From positions 1 through 36,698 of the forward strand of contig JBHLSH010000036.1 in the NCBI GenBank assembly GCA_048881705.1: a DNA stretch of 36,698 nucleotides, written 5' to 3'. The notes under the pieces were generated by a model, which worked only from the letters and a program-made list of their open reading frames with translations, was not told the origin of the DNA and made no database searches. Both the position numbers and the translations under genes were made by a program. Below, piece by piece: positions 16,997 through 26,385 of this stretch. The stretch's first letter is position 1. Each line of letters begins with the position of its first letter. Origin of the DNA: Candidatus Heimdallarchaeota archaeon (GTDB lineage: Archaea; Asgardarchaeota; Heimdallarchaeia; Hodarchaeales; Hodarchaeaceae).

Positions 16997-18547
16997 TTGA
17001 TGCTTTCTCCTTCCTCAAATTCTGAATCCTCGGATGTAATATGCCATGATTGTTTCAGTACTAAAAGTCGTACTGGCCTAATATCTGTCATGCTGGGCAT
17101 GACAGTTTGTTTCAGCACTCTCTGGCGATTTCCCTATCAAGTAGCTTCGTTTGGGGGCGCTGCTTATCTAGGAATCTATTTTATCCTAGCTGCACTTTTC
17201 GTATACCCTGCTCTAACTGCGGAATGGGGTTTAGGTCGATTTACCGGAAGAGGTCCTGATGGGGCCTATAATCAAGTGAGATTTCCAGGTGGAAAAGCCG
17301 TTTCCGTTCTTTTATTCTTGATAGTATTGGCAGTTGGAAGTTATTTTGTCGTTTGGATCGGATGGATCCTTCGTTATGCATTCTCTGCCATATTTGATAG
17401 CCGGTTAACTGCCGTAACAACGCAGAGTACTGAATATTTTGAAACCACCGTTGCGGCGGATCCCGTGTCACAATTTGCTTTCACCGCTATAGTCGTTCTT
17501 GCAATCGCAATTCCTTTACTTCGCGGAACCCGAAGAATTGAGCAGATCAGTAAACTAGTGGTTCCGATTTTCTATGGCAGCGTTAGTGTCCTGACAATTC
17601 TTGTTTTTCTTCAACCTGGAGTATTCTCCAATGTTATTGGATACCTTACAACAATTAACATCACGGAGCAAGTTACATCTTATACCTTCGTCGCTGCATT
17701 GGGACAAGCATTTTTCTCTTTATGTCTTGGTGGATCTTATATGGTTTTGTATGCCAGTTATATGCAAAGAAAGTCTACCCATGATATTCCTGTTAACGCA
17801 GGCTTAACCCTTATCGGAAATACTGTGGCGAGCTTAATTTCTGTCCTATTGGTTTTCGGGGTTATTTCTCTCGCAGGTATTGGGATGAGTAACGCAGAAA
17901 CTTTCGGGCCTGGATTATTCTTTGGAGTCATACCGGAGGTTTTCAAAACTCTAGGAATTGGGGTGTCGGGACTCGGTATGTCGATTTTCTTTCTGATGTT
18001 CTTCTTGGCGGCCTATCTACCTCTAACTGCAATATTTGAAGTAACAATTGTCTATCTAGTTGATAATATTGGAATATCCAGAAAACAAGCTTATCTGGTC
18101 ATTGGATTCCTAACCATGCTACTTGCTATACCGTCAATGTTATCTCCGTTGGACGGCGGCTTTTTGTATAATTTAGATCTTTTTGTCGGTGCTACTGGTT
18201 CGGTAATTGGTAGTATCATCGCAATAATAGCGTTTGGTTGGTTTGTACCTAAAAAGATGGCGCTAAAAGAAGTCAACACAGCTTCCCGATTCAAATTAGG
18301 GAATAAATGGCATTTCTGGGTGAAATACGTCCAACCGTTTTTCCTCGTTTATGTCATCTTATATGCCTTCTCTGACATAATTGTTGGCACTTTCGGTCTG
18401 AATGCTATTCCTGGAGACGCTTACGTATTTTATTCCCTGATTTCATCCATGGCTCCTTGGCTCGCTTTAGTATTAACCATTTTTATCTTTCTTTTGGTCT
18501 TATATGACCATAGAAGAACTCGAAGGGTAGGAACATCTGCGGCATAA
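16997..18547 (+). CDS. Divergent neurotransmitter:sodium symporter (NSS/SNF, LeuT fold)
   Basis: LWRFPY...GGAAY, AEWGLGR, ALGQAFFSL...YASY and GPGLFFGVIP motifs; 12 or more TM helices. Confidence 0.9.
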   Translation: MMLSPSSNSESSDVICHDCFSTKSRTGLISVMLGMTVCFSTLWRFPYQVASFGGAAYLGIYFILAALFVYPALTAEWGLGRFTGRGPDGAYNQVRFPGGKAVSVLLFLIVLAVGSYFVVWIGWILRYAFSAIFDSRLTAVTTQSTEYFETTVAADPVSQFAFTAIVVLAIAIPLLRGTRRIEQISKLVVPIFYGSVSVLTILVFLQPGVFSNVIGYLTTINITEQVTSYTFVAALGQAFFSLCLGGSYMVLYASYMQRKSTHDIPVNAGLTLIGNTVASLISVLLVFGVISLAGIGMSNAETFGPGLFFGVIPEVFKTLGIGVSGLGMSIFFLMFFLAAYLPLTAIFEVTIVYLVDNIGISRKQAYLVIGFLTMLLAIPSMLSPLDGGFLYNLDLFVGATGSVIGSIIAIIAFGWFVPKKMALKEVNTASRFKLGNKWHFWVKYVQPFFLVYVILYAFSDIIVGTFGLNAIPGDAYVFYSLISSMAPWLALVLTIFIFLLVLYDHRRTRRVGTSAA

Positions 18548-18560
18548 CCCCTAACATCCC

Positions 18561-18581
18561 TTTTCTCTTCTTTTTTTCCTT
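18561..18581 (+). terminator. Pyrimidine/oligo-T terminator after the NSS gene
   Basis: TTTTCTCTTCTTTTTTTCCTT starting 14 nt after the stop at 18547. Confidence 0.55.
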
Positions 18582-18705
18582 ATCCTTGCCCATTTAACGT
18601 CGTGTCCCGCATATTACAACAGGATTATTCTTTCTAGATCGCTGTGTACTTGGCTTTCGATATTCATCGCAACCTTTTTTAAATCCCCAAAAGGCGGATT
18701 TGCAT

Positions 18706-19179
18706 ATGCCCATTATTAAAACTACATTGGCAGAGAATTACTCCATCATATTTCCTCTAAGGTTAATTACCGGATTAATCTGGTTTGGAACCGCTATTCG
18801 AAGAATATTAATCCCAAATTTCTTCGATCGAATCGCTGATATGGCGGCAGGTGAACCCCTTCTTCCACCTGCTTTAATGGACTGGGCTGTTTCCAATTGG
18901 GTCCTGATATTCGCTGTTGTACTCAGTTTGGAGATTATTTCATCCCTAAGTCTCCTTACAGGCACCTTTGCGCGCGCTGGTGCCGCACTAGCTACATTCA
19001 ACGGATTTGCCATCGGATTGGCTGGAATTGGTCTTGGAATTCTGGATTTGATAATTCCATGGACAGCAGCACTTATGTCATTGGTCCTCCTCCTCTTCAG
19101 CCATCCCGGAATGTATAGAGGGATTGACGAGCAGCTTAGTGCCAGGGATTTGCCAGAATGGGTAAAAGTATTAATGTAG
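18706..19179 (+). CDS. DoxX-family membrane protein
   Basis: LRLITGLIWFG, LEIISSLSLLTGTFARAGA and C-terminal YRGIDE. ATG 18706 preferred over TTG 18700. Confidence 0.75.
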   Translation: MPIIKTTLAENYSIIFPLRLITGLIWFGTAIRRILIPNFFDRIADMAAGEPLLPPALMDWAVSNWVLIFAVVLSLEIISSLSLLTGTFARAGAALATFNGFAIGLAGIGLGILDLIIPWTAALMSLVLLLFSHPGMYRGIDEQLSARDLPEWVKVLM

Positions 19180-19220
19180 GATTAAGTAAGAAAACAATTG
19201 AAGATCAAAGGTGAATATTG

Positions 19221-19724
19221 ATGGCCATGCAAGCAATTCGTGAGATAAACGCTCAACAAGTATCAGGTACGTACGTCGCACTTATCCGATTATCGTTAGG
19301 GGCTGCTTTTCTGACCACATGGGTAAGTAACATCATGAAGGGAGTATTTACGCCCACAGGTTACGTTGGGACTATTAGTTTCTTCTTGGATGATCCTATG
19401 CATGTTGTTACTCCTCTTGATACAATTGTGAGGGATTTTGTTTTTCCTAATGCGGCTCTTATGGCCCCGGGGTGGATGTTTCTGGAGCTATTTATTTCTG
19501 TTACAGTTCTTTTCGGGGTGTTTACGCGTCCAGGAGCTCTGGTAGGTGCCTTTGTGTCGTCAGTTTTGCTTTTTACTACTTTAGGAGTAGATTGGGTTTG
19601 GACCTACGTTTTGATGATCGTGGGTTTTGTGATCTGTGCTATAACAGGAGCTGGCAGGTGGTACGGCATTGATTATTGGCTCAGAGACAAACTCCCTTCT
19701 GGTATCGTGAAGTTCTTGGTCTAA
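19221..19724 (+). CDS. DoxX/DoxD-like membrane protein
   Basis: LIRLSLGAAFL, LELFISVTVLFGVFTRPGA and TGAGRWYGIDYW. SD AGGTGA favours ATG 19221. Confidence 0.82.
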   Translation: MAMQAIREINAQQVSGTYVALIRLSLGAAFLTTWVSNIMKGVFTPTGYVGTISFFLDDPMHVVTPLDTIVRDFVFPNAALMAPGWMFLELFISVTVLFGVFTRPGALVGAFVSSVLLFTTLGVDWVWTYVLMIVGFVICAITGAGRWYGIDYWLRDKLPSGIVKFLV

Positions 19725-19730
19725 CGGCGG

Positions 19731-19756
19731 CTAGAAACGCTTTCCAAAGCGTCTAG
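19731..19756. terminator. Hairpin between convergent genes
   Basis: CTAG-AA-ACGCTTT-CC-AAAGCGT-CTAG inverted repeat in the 52-nt gap between stops at 19724 (+) and 19777 (-). Confidence 0.5.
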
Positions 19757-19776
19757 TGTTTGCACAGTTATTCTGT

Positions 19777-21132
19777 TTAAGCACCCTGTGGCTTTGACAG
19801 GGTTCGATAAGTTCTTTTCAATTTCTCGCGGTAAACATAGATTATACCAGCATAAAAGGGGAGAAATTCGATTATCCGAACAATGTTCGATTCATACCAA
19901 ACACCAATGGCATCAAAACTAATATATACGTGGTATGATAGAATTATTGTTCCCGTTAGGAGGATCCAGGAATAATCCAACGGTTCCACTAACAACACGA
20001 AAGGAAATATCCAGAACAGATACCAAGGATGAAATACAGGTTGCAAGAGAAGAAATGAAGCCAATACAAAAAATCCATTCACTGGATTTAAGATGTGAGG
20101 GCTATGTTCTGATTTTAAGATTATTAGGAGATAAATACTTAAGAAAATGACTCCGACTACAATTTTGGCGCCAAAAAAGGTTCCTGTTGATTCGACCAAG
20201 ACCCACATAAGGCTTGCATTGAAGTACCACCTATCGGCATAAATGAGCAGACCAGAAATGATGGAAGGAGTCAATATGATTGACAAACTGTATAAAAAAA
20301 GTCCAGAAAGCACGATTATTCTTCCTTTTCTCCCTAGTTGACGCCAATATACGCCAATCAGGAAGATTGGATAATATTTGAGCAGGGTCGCCATAAGTAG
20401 GGCCGCTCCTCCCAAAGATTGGTTCTCACGACTTAAGGCAAATATAGCGGCCATCACTAGGAAAACTACCAGGGGGTCGAAATGAGACCCATTTCCGGTC
20501 TCTAGATGCAAAAGCGGATTCCACGCGTACAGAATGATTCGCCAAGAAGGTTTATCAAAGACTGAAAGAAGGTGCGCCATGAGTGGGATAGTTGCTAAGT
20601 ACATAAATGAAAAGAAAACTCGAAAGACTACAGGAGATGCAACCAGAGAGGCCATGTAGAGAACAGCAAATACCAAAAGTGCAAACGGGGGATACGGAGA
20701 GGTAACATCCGGATTATTCACTAGAAATTGAAATGGAGGCTGTAAACTGGATGGGAAATCCGAGGGTGGGATAGAATAGGGATTAATTCCGTTCACAAAG
20801 GCCATTCCCTCCATAAAAAAACGATAGATATCGTCAGATAGCGTAACATCAGTAAATAGGAGACGGATCTGGATTATAGATGCCACAATCATAAGGATTG
20901 CGGTGAAATACCTTTTTTTGACCAAAAAATCTTGATACCGATGGATTACTACAGCTATCACGCAATAAACACTGAAGGGAACGAAAAATCCGATTATAAA
21001 ATTCCAGGATGAGCGCTTCAGGGCAGTGGCCGAGATCAATATTTCAAGCGCCAAAACAAGGATGATCCCCATCACAACAAGTCCAAAGTATGAAATACGG
21101 TCTTGATGCCTTAGGAGCCTTGAGGTTTTCAA
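19777..21132 (-). CDS. GT-C polyprenyl-phosphate-sugar-dependent glycosyltransferase (DUF2029/GT87-like)
   Basis: LSDDIYRF...GINPY, PYPP, YAWNPL..LE...SHFD, LLKYYP and VFHPWY motifs; multi-TM. Start uncertain (TTG 21132). Confidence 0.82.
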   Translation of the reverse strand: MKTSRLLRHQDRISYFGLVVMGIILVLALEILISATALKRSSWNFIIGFFVPFSVYCVIAVVIHRYQDFLVKKRYFTAILMIVASIIQIRLLFTDVTLSDDIYRFFMEGMAFVNGINPYSIPPSDFPSSLQPPFQFLVNNPDVTSPYPPFALLVFAVLYMASLVASPVVFRVFFSFMYLATIPLMAHLLSVFDKPSWRIILYAWNPLLHLETGNGSHFDPLVVFLVMAAIFALSRENQSLGGAALLMATLLKYYPIFLIGVYWRQLGRKGRIIVLSGLFLYSLSIILTPSIISGLLIYADRWYFNASLMWVLVESTGTFFGAKIVVGVIFLSIYLLIILKSEHSPHILNPVNGFFVLASFLLLQPVFHPWYLFWIFPFVLLVEPLDYSWILLTGTIILSYHVYISFDAIGVWYESNIVRIIEFLPFYAGIIYVYREKLKRTYRTLSKPQGA

Positions 21133-21141
21133 TGGATTTAC

Positions 21142-22560
21142 CTACTTACGTGTTACGTCCCAGGATCGGTATGGATGTCCGGTCCAGTACCTAAGAGTGG
21201 CATACAGGGCAGCAAAAGACTCAACCGCTCCTCCAATTGGTGTTACAAGTAGTAATTTGATGTATTCCCATGTTTTCTGTCTTTTGGTAAGCCCGAGAGA
21301 CCTAATATTTTTCGAAGATCCATTGATGATGCCAAAAAGCCAAAATAAGGTTCCAGGTAGTAAGATTAGCCGTGAAACAGTCACTTGAAATGTACGAAGC
21401 ATCGGTGATATAAGAGATGCATCCATCGCTAAAAAAGGAAAAGCTGACGGTACTAATACAAACAAAAGCGTGAGAATGATAAACAAGGCAGCAAAAAAAC
21501 TTATCCCATGCGCAATAATCCTGAAGCGTAACCGAGACAAGAACCGAATCCGTGCAAACCAATTTAATCTAAGAAATTCCTCATTTTTCCTTATGAGAGT
21601 CAAGGCCTGCCAAGCACCTGTAACCCATCGCATACGAGCATTAAAGGACTCTCGGATACTAAATGGCGGTTGTTCAGTCACTAGTCCTCCATGCCATCCG
21701 AACACCTCCCGACCAAATCTACTATATGCTCTCATACCGAAATATAAGTCTTCTGCTAGTAAGGGATCATCGTTAGGGAGCCTTCCTGAATCCCACCCGA
21801 TCGAAGATATTAGTTCCGCATCCACAAGTAAATTCGATCCATGAAGGTGAAGAGGAGGAGGATTAGTCATTACTTGTGCGCAGTGATAGCAATTAAATGG
21901 CCGTGATGCCTCCATCTGACGACTTATAAGATTTGCATCAAAATATTTGTGCGAATAGACTATGGGGCCTTCAAAAATCTTCTTCTCGGGCGATACAAGT
22001 ATCGAGTGTATAATACGTCGGAAATCATCTTCCGATATGGTGGATTCTGCATCAAAATAAAAAACGAACGCGCGCTTTCCACCTGGCTTTGTCGCTCGGT
22101 ATTCTGAGGAATAATGTAGACTTCGGGCCTTATATAGCGTATCCTTAGGAGTTTGATAGTCAGGAGGGACCGCGATAACTTCAACAGAAATGTCAATTCC
22201 CTGATTTTGTAAATACTGGTTAAAGTGGACAACCTCATCCTGCAAATCAGTTACTATTAGCAGCTCAATGTTGTTTCTGAATAAAGGATTCTGCGCTATC
22301 TTATAAATGGAATCGATCCCTCTTGTGACCACTTCAACTTCATTACCGCGAGTTGTAATTTGAAATTTGAAGATAGGTAGTTCTTGTTCAGCTTTCTCTA
22401 ATAATTCACAGATCTGGTGATCTGTTAGAACCGTAGGATTTTGATATTGTTTTCGGTTTCTAATGTACGCGGGTATTAATTCCAGAGCATAATACAAAGT
22501 ACAGATGAGGAAAATAACAGCTCCTAGCGTCCAAATTCCAAAGGCGACAGTAAATTCCAT
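21142..22560 (-). CDS. Membrane GT2 glycosyltransferase, egghead/BRE-3-like
   Basis: FQITTRG, IVTD, VPPDYQT..LYKARSLHY, FDAES, HGSNLLV, LAEDLYFG and EQPPFS...ARMRWVTG; N-terminal TM and C-terminal TMs. Confidence 0.85.
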   Translation of the reverse strand: MEFTVAFGIWTLGAVIFLICTLYYALELIPAYIRNRKQYQNPTVLTDHQICELLEKAEQELPIFKFQITTRGNEVEVVTRGIDSIYKIAQNPLFRNNIELLIVTDLQDEVVHFNQYLQNQGIDISVEVIAVPPDYQTPKDTLYKARSLHYSSEYRATKPGGKRAFVFYFDAESTISEDDFRRIIHSILVSPEKKIFEGPIVYSHKYFDANLISRQMEASRPFNCYHCAQVMTNPPPLHLHGSNLLVDAELISSIGWDSGRLPNDDPLLAEDLYFGMRAYSRFGREVFGWHGGLVTEQPPFSIRESFNARMRWVTGAWQALTLIRKNEEFLRLNWFARIRFLSRLRFRIIAHGISFFAALFIILTLLFVLVPSAFPFLAMDASLISPMLRTFQVTVSRLILLPGTLFWLFGIINGSSKNIRSLGLTKRQKTWEYIKLLLVTPIGGAVESFAALYATLRYWTGHPYRSWDVTRK

Positions 22561-22570
22561 TGTTTTTCCT

Positions 22571-23362
22571 CTAACTCATTGTTCCCGAGTCCTGTGAGGA
22601 TTCCCAAATCGATCCATCCAAAGTTTTGAGCAACGAATACGTATGCACCGCTATCTTTTTTTCTGGTTTTTTAGGGGTATTAAAGGATCGTGCATAAACC
22701 TCAGAGAAAATGTTTCTTAAATCTGAAAACGTATCAATGTCAAAAACCGTTGGCAATATACACACTTTATGGTAGGGGAATAGCTCTAATAGGTTCCCCA
22801 ACTCATTGTGTATGGAGTTCTTTTGAAAAATCTCACTGATCTCACCAGGGCATGGTTGGTTTGTTCCGAATAGGTAGAAACCTCCATTTTGAGACGGACC
22901 CAATACAATCCCTTTTGCATTCGACATTAAGAACTCCATTCCCCTTAATATATAGGAAGAAGATAGGTGGGGAGTGTCAGAGCCAATAATAATTGTTGAT
23001 TTCATTTTTAAATCCCTAAAAGCCCGATTGAGGGCAATAGAAAATCGTTGGCCCATCGTATCCCCTACTTGGGGTACCAAATTCGCCTTCTCCATCAAGC
23101 TTGGGTTTTCATCCTCCATAATCGCTATTATGATCTTTTTTATCATATTTCGCGCAGAATCGTTTTCAGGGAAATAATTGATAATTGGTGTGAAAATGGT
23201 GTGTTTCATCACTTCATTTAAAATCAGGAGGGTGTCTTTTATCATCGCGGTTGTTAAATCAACTTGAAAGTTCTCCGGAAATTGAGGATGCGCCAACCGC
23301 GTTTTCACTGGTACCTGGGTCGGAACTTTTGTAAACAGTATGATTCCCTGCTTAATTGACAT
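22571..23362 (-). CDS. DUF2064 / TIGR04282-like transferase (CofC-like GT-A fold)
   Basis: ILFTKVP...VKTRL, QVGDTMGQR, IIIGSDTP, VLGPSQNGGFYLFG and FDIDTFSDL. ATG 23362 overlaps the upstream stop. Confidence 0.88.
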   Translation of the reverse strand: MSIKQGIILFTKVPTQVPVKTRLAHPQFPENFQVDLTTAMIKDTLLILNEVMKHTIFTPIINYFPENDSARNMIKKIIIAIMEDENPSLMEKANLVPQVGDTMGQRFSIALNRAFRDLKMKSTIIIGSDTPHLSSSYILRGMEFLMSNAKGIVLGPSQNGGFYLFGTNQPCPGEISEIFQKNSIHNELGNLLELFPYHKVCILPTVFDIDTFSDLRNIFSEVYARSFNTPKKPEKKIAVHTYSLLKTLDGSIWESSQDSGTMS

Positions 23363-24092
23363 TTTTAATCCCAGGTTTCCAAAATAAAAGTACACGAAGG
23401 AGCGTCAGAATCATTATCGACCCGGCTTTAAACGCGGTATTAAAGTTTCCAGAGATTTTACTTTTACCTGAAGTACGTGGATGCCAATTAACAGGAACTT
23501 CCAGATACGGAACTCCCCCCATTTTTAGTATCTTTGTACTCATTTCTATGGTCCAACCGTAGTTCACTGATGCCATATTTAGTTCCGAAAGGAGATCCCA
23601 ATTTATAACACGAAGCGGGCCGAGATCGGTAAGGTGCTGTTTCCAAATCATTGACAAAAACTTCGCGAACAACCGATTTGCAACGCGAGCTATAATGGCA
23701 AGATTGTTACGAGACTGTGGATCTATCATACGGCTCCCTTGGCAATAAGGTGTTCTGTTCTTTAAAACAGGAAGGGCCACTTTGTCAATATCGGCCACAT
23801 TACTTTGTCCATCGCCATCAAAGAAACAAACATATTTAGGGGGGTTTGGTTGTCTTGCAAGATATTTCAAACCAGCCAAACACGCGGATCCATACCCAGG
23901 TCTATTTTCCGTTATTACTTGGACCCCTGCATTTCGGGCAACTTTTGTGGTTTGATCTTCGGAGCCGTTATCCACGACGATCACTCGTTTAACTCTTTTC
24001 AAAAGGCGGGGAAGAAGGAATGCGAGGGCGGTTTCTTCATTCTTTGCTGGAATAAGTACAATCATATCAGGAGGATTTTCCACATTTAACAT
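23352..24092 (-). CDS. GT2 polyprenol-phosphate glycosyltransferase (Dpm1-like)
   Basis: LIPAKNEE, VVDNGSED, GYGSACLAG, FFDGDG, TDLGPLR, YGWTIEM and GKSKISG. Confidence 0.92.
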   Translation of the reverse strand: MLNVENPPDMIVLIPAKNEETALAFLLPRLLKRVKRVIVVDNGSEDQTTKVARNAGVQVITENRPGYGSACLAGLKYLARQPNPPKYVCFFDGDGQSNVADIDKVALPVLKNRTPYCQGSRMIDPQSRNNLAIIARVANRLFAKFLSMIWKQHLTDLGPLRVINWDLLSELNMASVNYGWTIEMSTKILKMGGVPYLEVPVNWHPRTSGKSKISGNFNTAFKAGSIMILTLLRVLLFWKPGIKNVN

Positions 24093-24255
24093 GGGAATTC
24101 GATGGAATTTAAAATAACTCTGATTGGTGTCGAAATTCTAGAGAACAGGATCGTGAACAACATATCCTTGACCCAAACTGGTCAGAAATCAATCGGTTAT
24201 TCAATATCAAAGTCAAAACGTAGTTTCAAATGAGTAGAACTAATCTCTAATATAT

Positions 24256-25326
24256 CTAAAGTATTAAGGGGGTGGAAACTGGAGTTTCTTCTCCAAGGAC
24301 ATTATACATCAAATATGATGCAATCCAATTACCAAACATCATGAATATTAACGCTATAACTGAGGAAATCCCAAGTTCTGGTATTCCACCCAGAATATGC
24401 CCGAAGTTACATCCCGAAGCCAACATTGCTCCAATCCCTAATAGAAGGCCTCCACCAAAAAACCGAATTAAGTCACGTGTGTTTGGAGTTTTTATTTTGA
24501 ACTCGTTAATCTGAAGGGATGACAAGCTTGCTCCGATAATAAGACCGAGAATCATAATTCCTGCCCATCCCAAAAGGGGAGAGGTGATTCCAAGAATGCC
24601 TGAAACAACTGAGAAAAGCTCCCCAATCCCGTCCGTCGTGGAAAGCCCAAATGGACGGCCAGCTAATGTAGAAAAAAGCCGTGCTAATGTACCCAAAACC
24701 CCAAGCACAAGCCCAGACATCAAAGGAGACCATCCTTCACGAAAATGCGGTAGCTTTGGGGGAGTTCTCCTGTACTTGTAAACCAATACTCCTAGCATAC
24801 TTACGGCTCCGATCGTCCATATCGGCCTAGGTAGTATCTGTTCAAAAGAAGGAGTTTGACCTTGTATTGTCCAAAGGGTCGCATTTTGCACTTCAACAAA
24901 TGCAGAGTTGAAGGGTTCCAAGGCAAAAATAGCAATCCCGATACCAAAACCAAGAAAAGCGAGCAGCGACTTAATTGATCCTTCTCCTACCCTGTAACAC
25001 ACTCCTCCAGCACATCCACCCGCAAAAACTGTTCCAAATCCAAATAAAAGACTTCCTATAGGAATAAGAATAGAAGAGAACATAATTGGATTTGAACGAA
25101 TGTTGAAACCTGGAAGTATTTCGGTGATTGATAATAACTGCAATAACTGGTAACCAATCAACTCTACCATAACTGCAATAACCAGTACTAATGCAACCTC
25201 GGGATTTCTGATTAATAATAAATTTCTGAATGCAGTATTTGAACATACACGTCCTCTTTGTAACACCAGACCAATTGCGATTCCCAAGATCATAGCACTA
25301 AGAAAATCTAGTGGGGTCATAGCCAC
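24256..25326 (-). CDS. YeeE/YedE family sulfur-compound (thiosulfate-type) transporter
   Basis: LQRGRVCS, FAGGCAGG...RVGEG and LASGCNFG, the three conserved Cys motifs of the family. Confidence 0.92.
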   Translation of the reverse strand: MAMTPLDFLSAMILGIAIGLVLQRGRVCSNTAFRNLLLIRNPEVALVLVIAVMVELIGYQLLQLLSITEILPGFNIRSNPIMFSSILIPIGSLLFGFGTVFAGGCAGGVCYRVGEGSIKSLLAFLGFGIGIAIFALEPFNSAFVEVQNATLWTIQGQTPSFEQILPRPIWTIGAVSMLGVLVYKYRRTPPKLPHFREGWSPLMSGLVLGVLGTLARLFSTLAGRPFGLSTTDGIGELFSVVSGILGITSPLLGWAGIMILGLIIGASLSSLQINEFKIKTPNTRDLIRFFGGGLLLGIGAMLASGCNFGHILGGIPELGISSVIALIFMMFGNWIASYLMYNVLGEETPVSTPLIL

Positions 25327-25503
25327 TTGCTTAATCCTCCATTTCTCTTGACAGAAAGAATTTAGACCTAGTTAGTAATAAAATATCTTCCTATTAGTTT
25401 CATTTAATTTCTTTGATGTTTTTTTCGTTTGCATCTAAGGCCATTATTGACTTTTATGAAAAAATATCAATAAACATTCTCCATTTTGGTTTAAGCCATA
25501 ACC

Positions 25504-26373
25504 ATGCTCAAAATCAAAACTAGTAGTACAATAGGAAAACACTTAGTCAGTTTTCTTGGTGCCTGTTTTGGTTTCCTAGTGATTATCTTTGCTGTTTGGG
25601 ATCTTCAAATTTCTGTGGCCCTTGTTGATAGCGAAGCAGCGTGGGCGAGGTTCATCGCAGAGTATGGAGAGACCCCAGGGAACATTATCATTATAATAGC
25701 ACTTTTCGCTGTTTTCATCGCAGCAAAAGAAAAATGGGGAACGAAAAGTCCTATAATCATTGCAATTGTCATTGGGGGCCTTGTTTGGCAGATTTTCGCC
25801 TTGATCAACGCGATATTTGGAGGAATTACCTTCCAACTCATTCCAATCATCCTTGCATTTGTTTTAGCAACATTAGTCGTGATTCGTAAGGGAAATTTCA
25901 CCATATCGAATGAATTCCAAACGTTTGCTGTTTTTACCCTAATTTTGGCTGTATTGAACCCGCTTCTATTTGTACAAGTAATTAAAATTTTGTGGGGGCG
26001 TATTCGCTTTCGAGATCTAGCTTTAGATTATTCAAATTATACCCCCTGGTTTCTTCCACGGGGACCGACTGGGCATGCTTCGTTTCCCTCGGGTCACGCC
26101 GCCATGGGATGGATGCTACTCCCGATACTATCTGTGCCTCATTTGAAGAAGAATAAAGCTATATATTACCTAACAACGGTCATTATCTTAACATGGGGAG
26201 TAGTTGTTGCACTTGGCCGTGTTGTTGTAGGAGCACACTATGCTTCAGACGTTTTATTTTCAACGGGAGTTGCTTGGTTAATATTTATATTGCTAGTTAA
26301 ATACTATCGGGGAAAGGCACTATTCCCAAACAACAATCCACAATTGGCAAAGGATGTAACGAATGTTCAATAA
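25504..26373 (+). CDS. PAP2-family membrane lipid-phosphate phosphatase
   Basis: KILWGRIRF, SFPSGH and GRVVVGAHYASD catalytic motifs. Confidence 0.9.
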   Translation: MLKIKTSSTIGKHLVSFLGACFGFLVIIFAVWDLQISVALVDSEAAWARFIAEYGETPGNIIIIIALFAVFIAAKEKWGTKSPIIIAIVIGGLVWQIFALINAIFGGITFQLIPIILAFVLATLVVIRKGNFTISNEFQTFAVFTLILAVLNPLLFVQVIKILWGRIRFRDLALDYSNYTPWFLPRGPTGHASFPSGHAAMGWMLLPILSVPHLKKNKAIYYLTTVIILTWGVVVALGRVVVGAHYASDVLFSTGVAWLIFILLVKYYRGKALFPNNNPQLAKDVTNVQ

Positions 26374-26385
26374 AACACCGAACAT

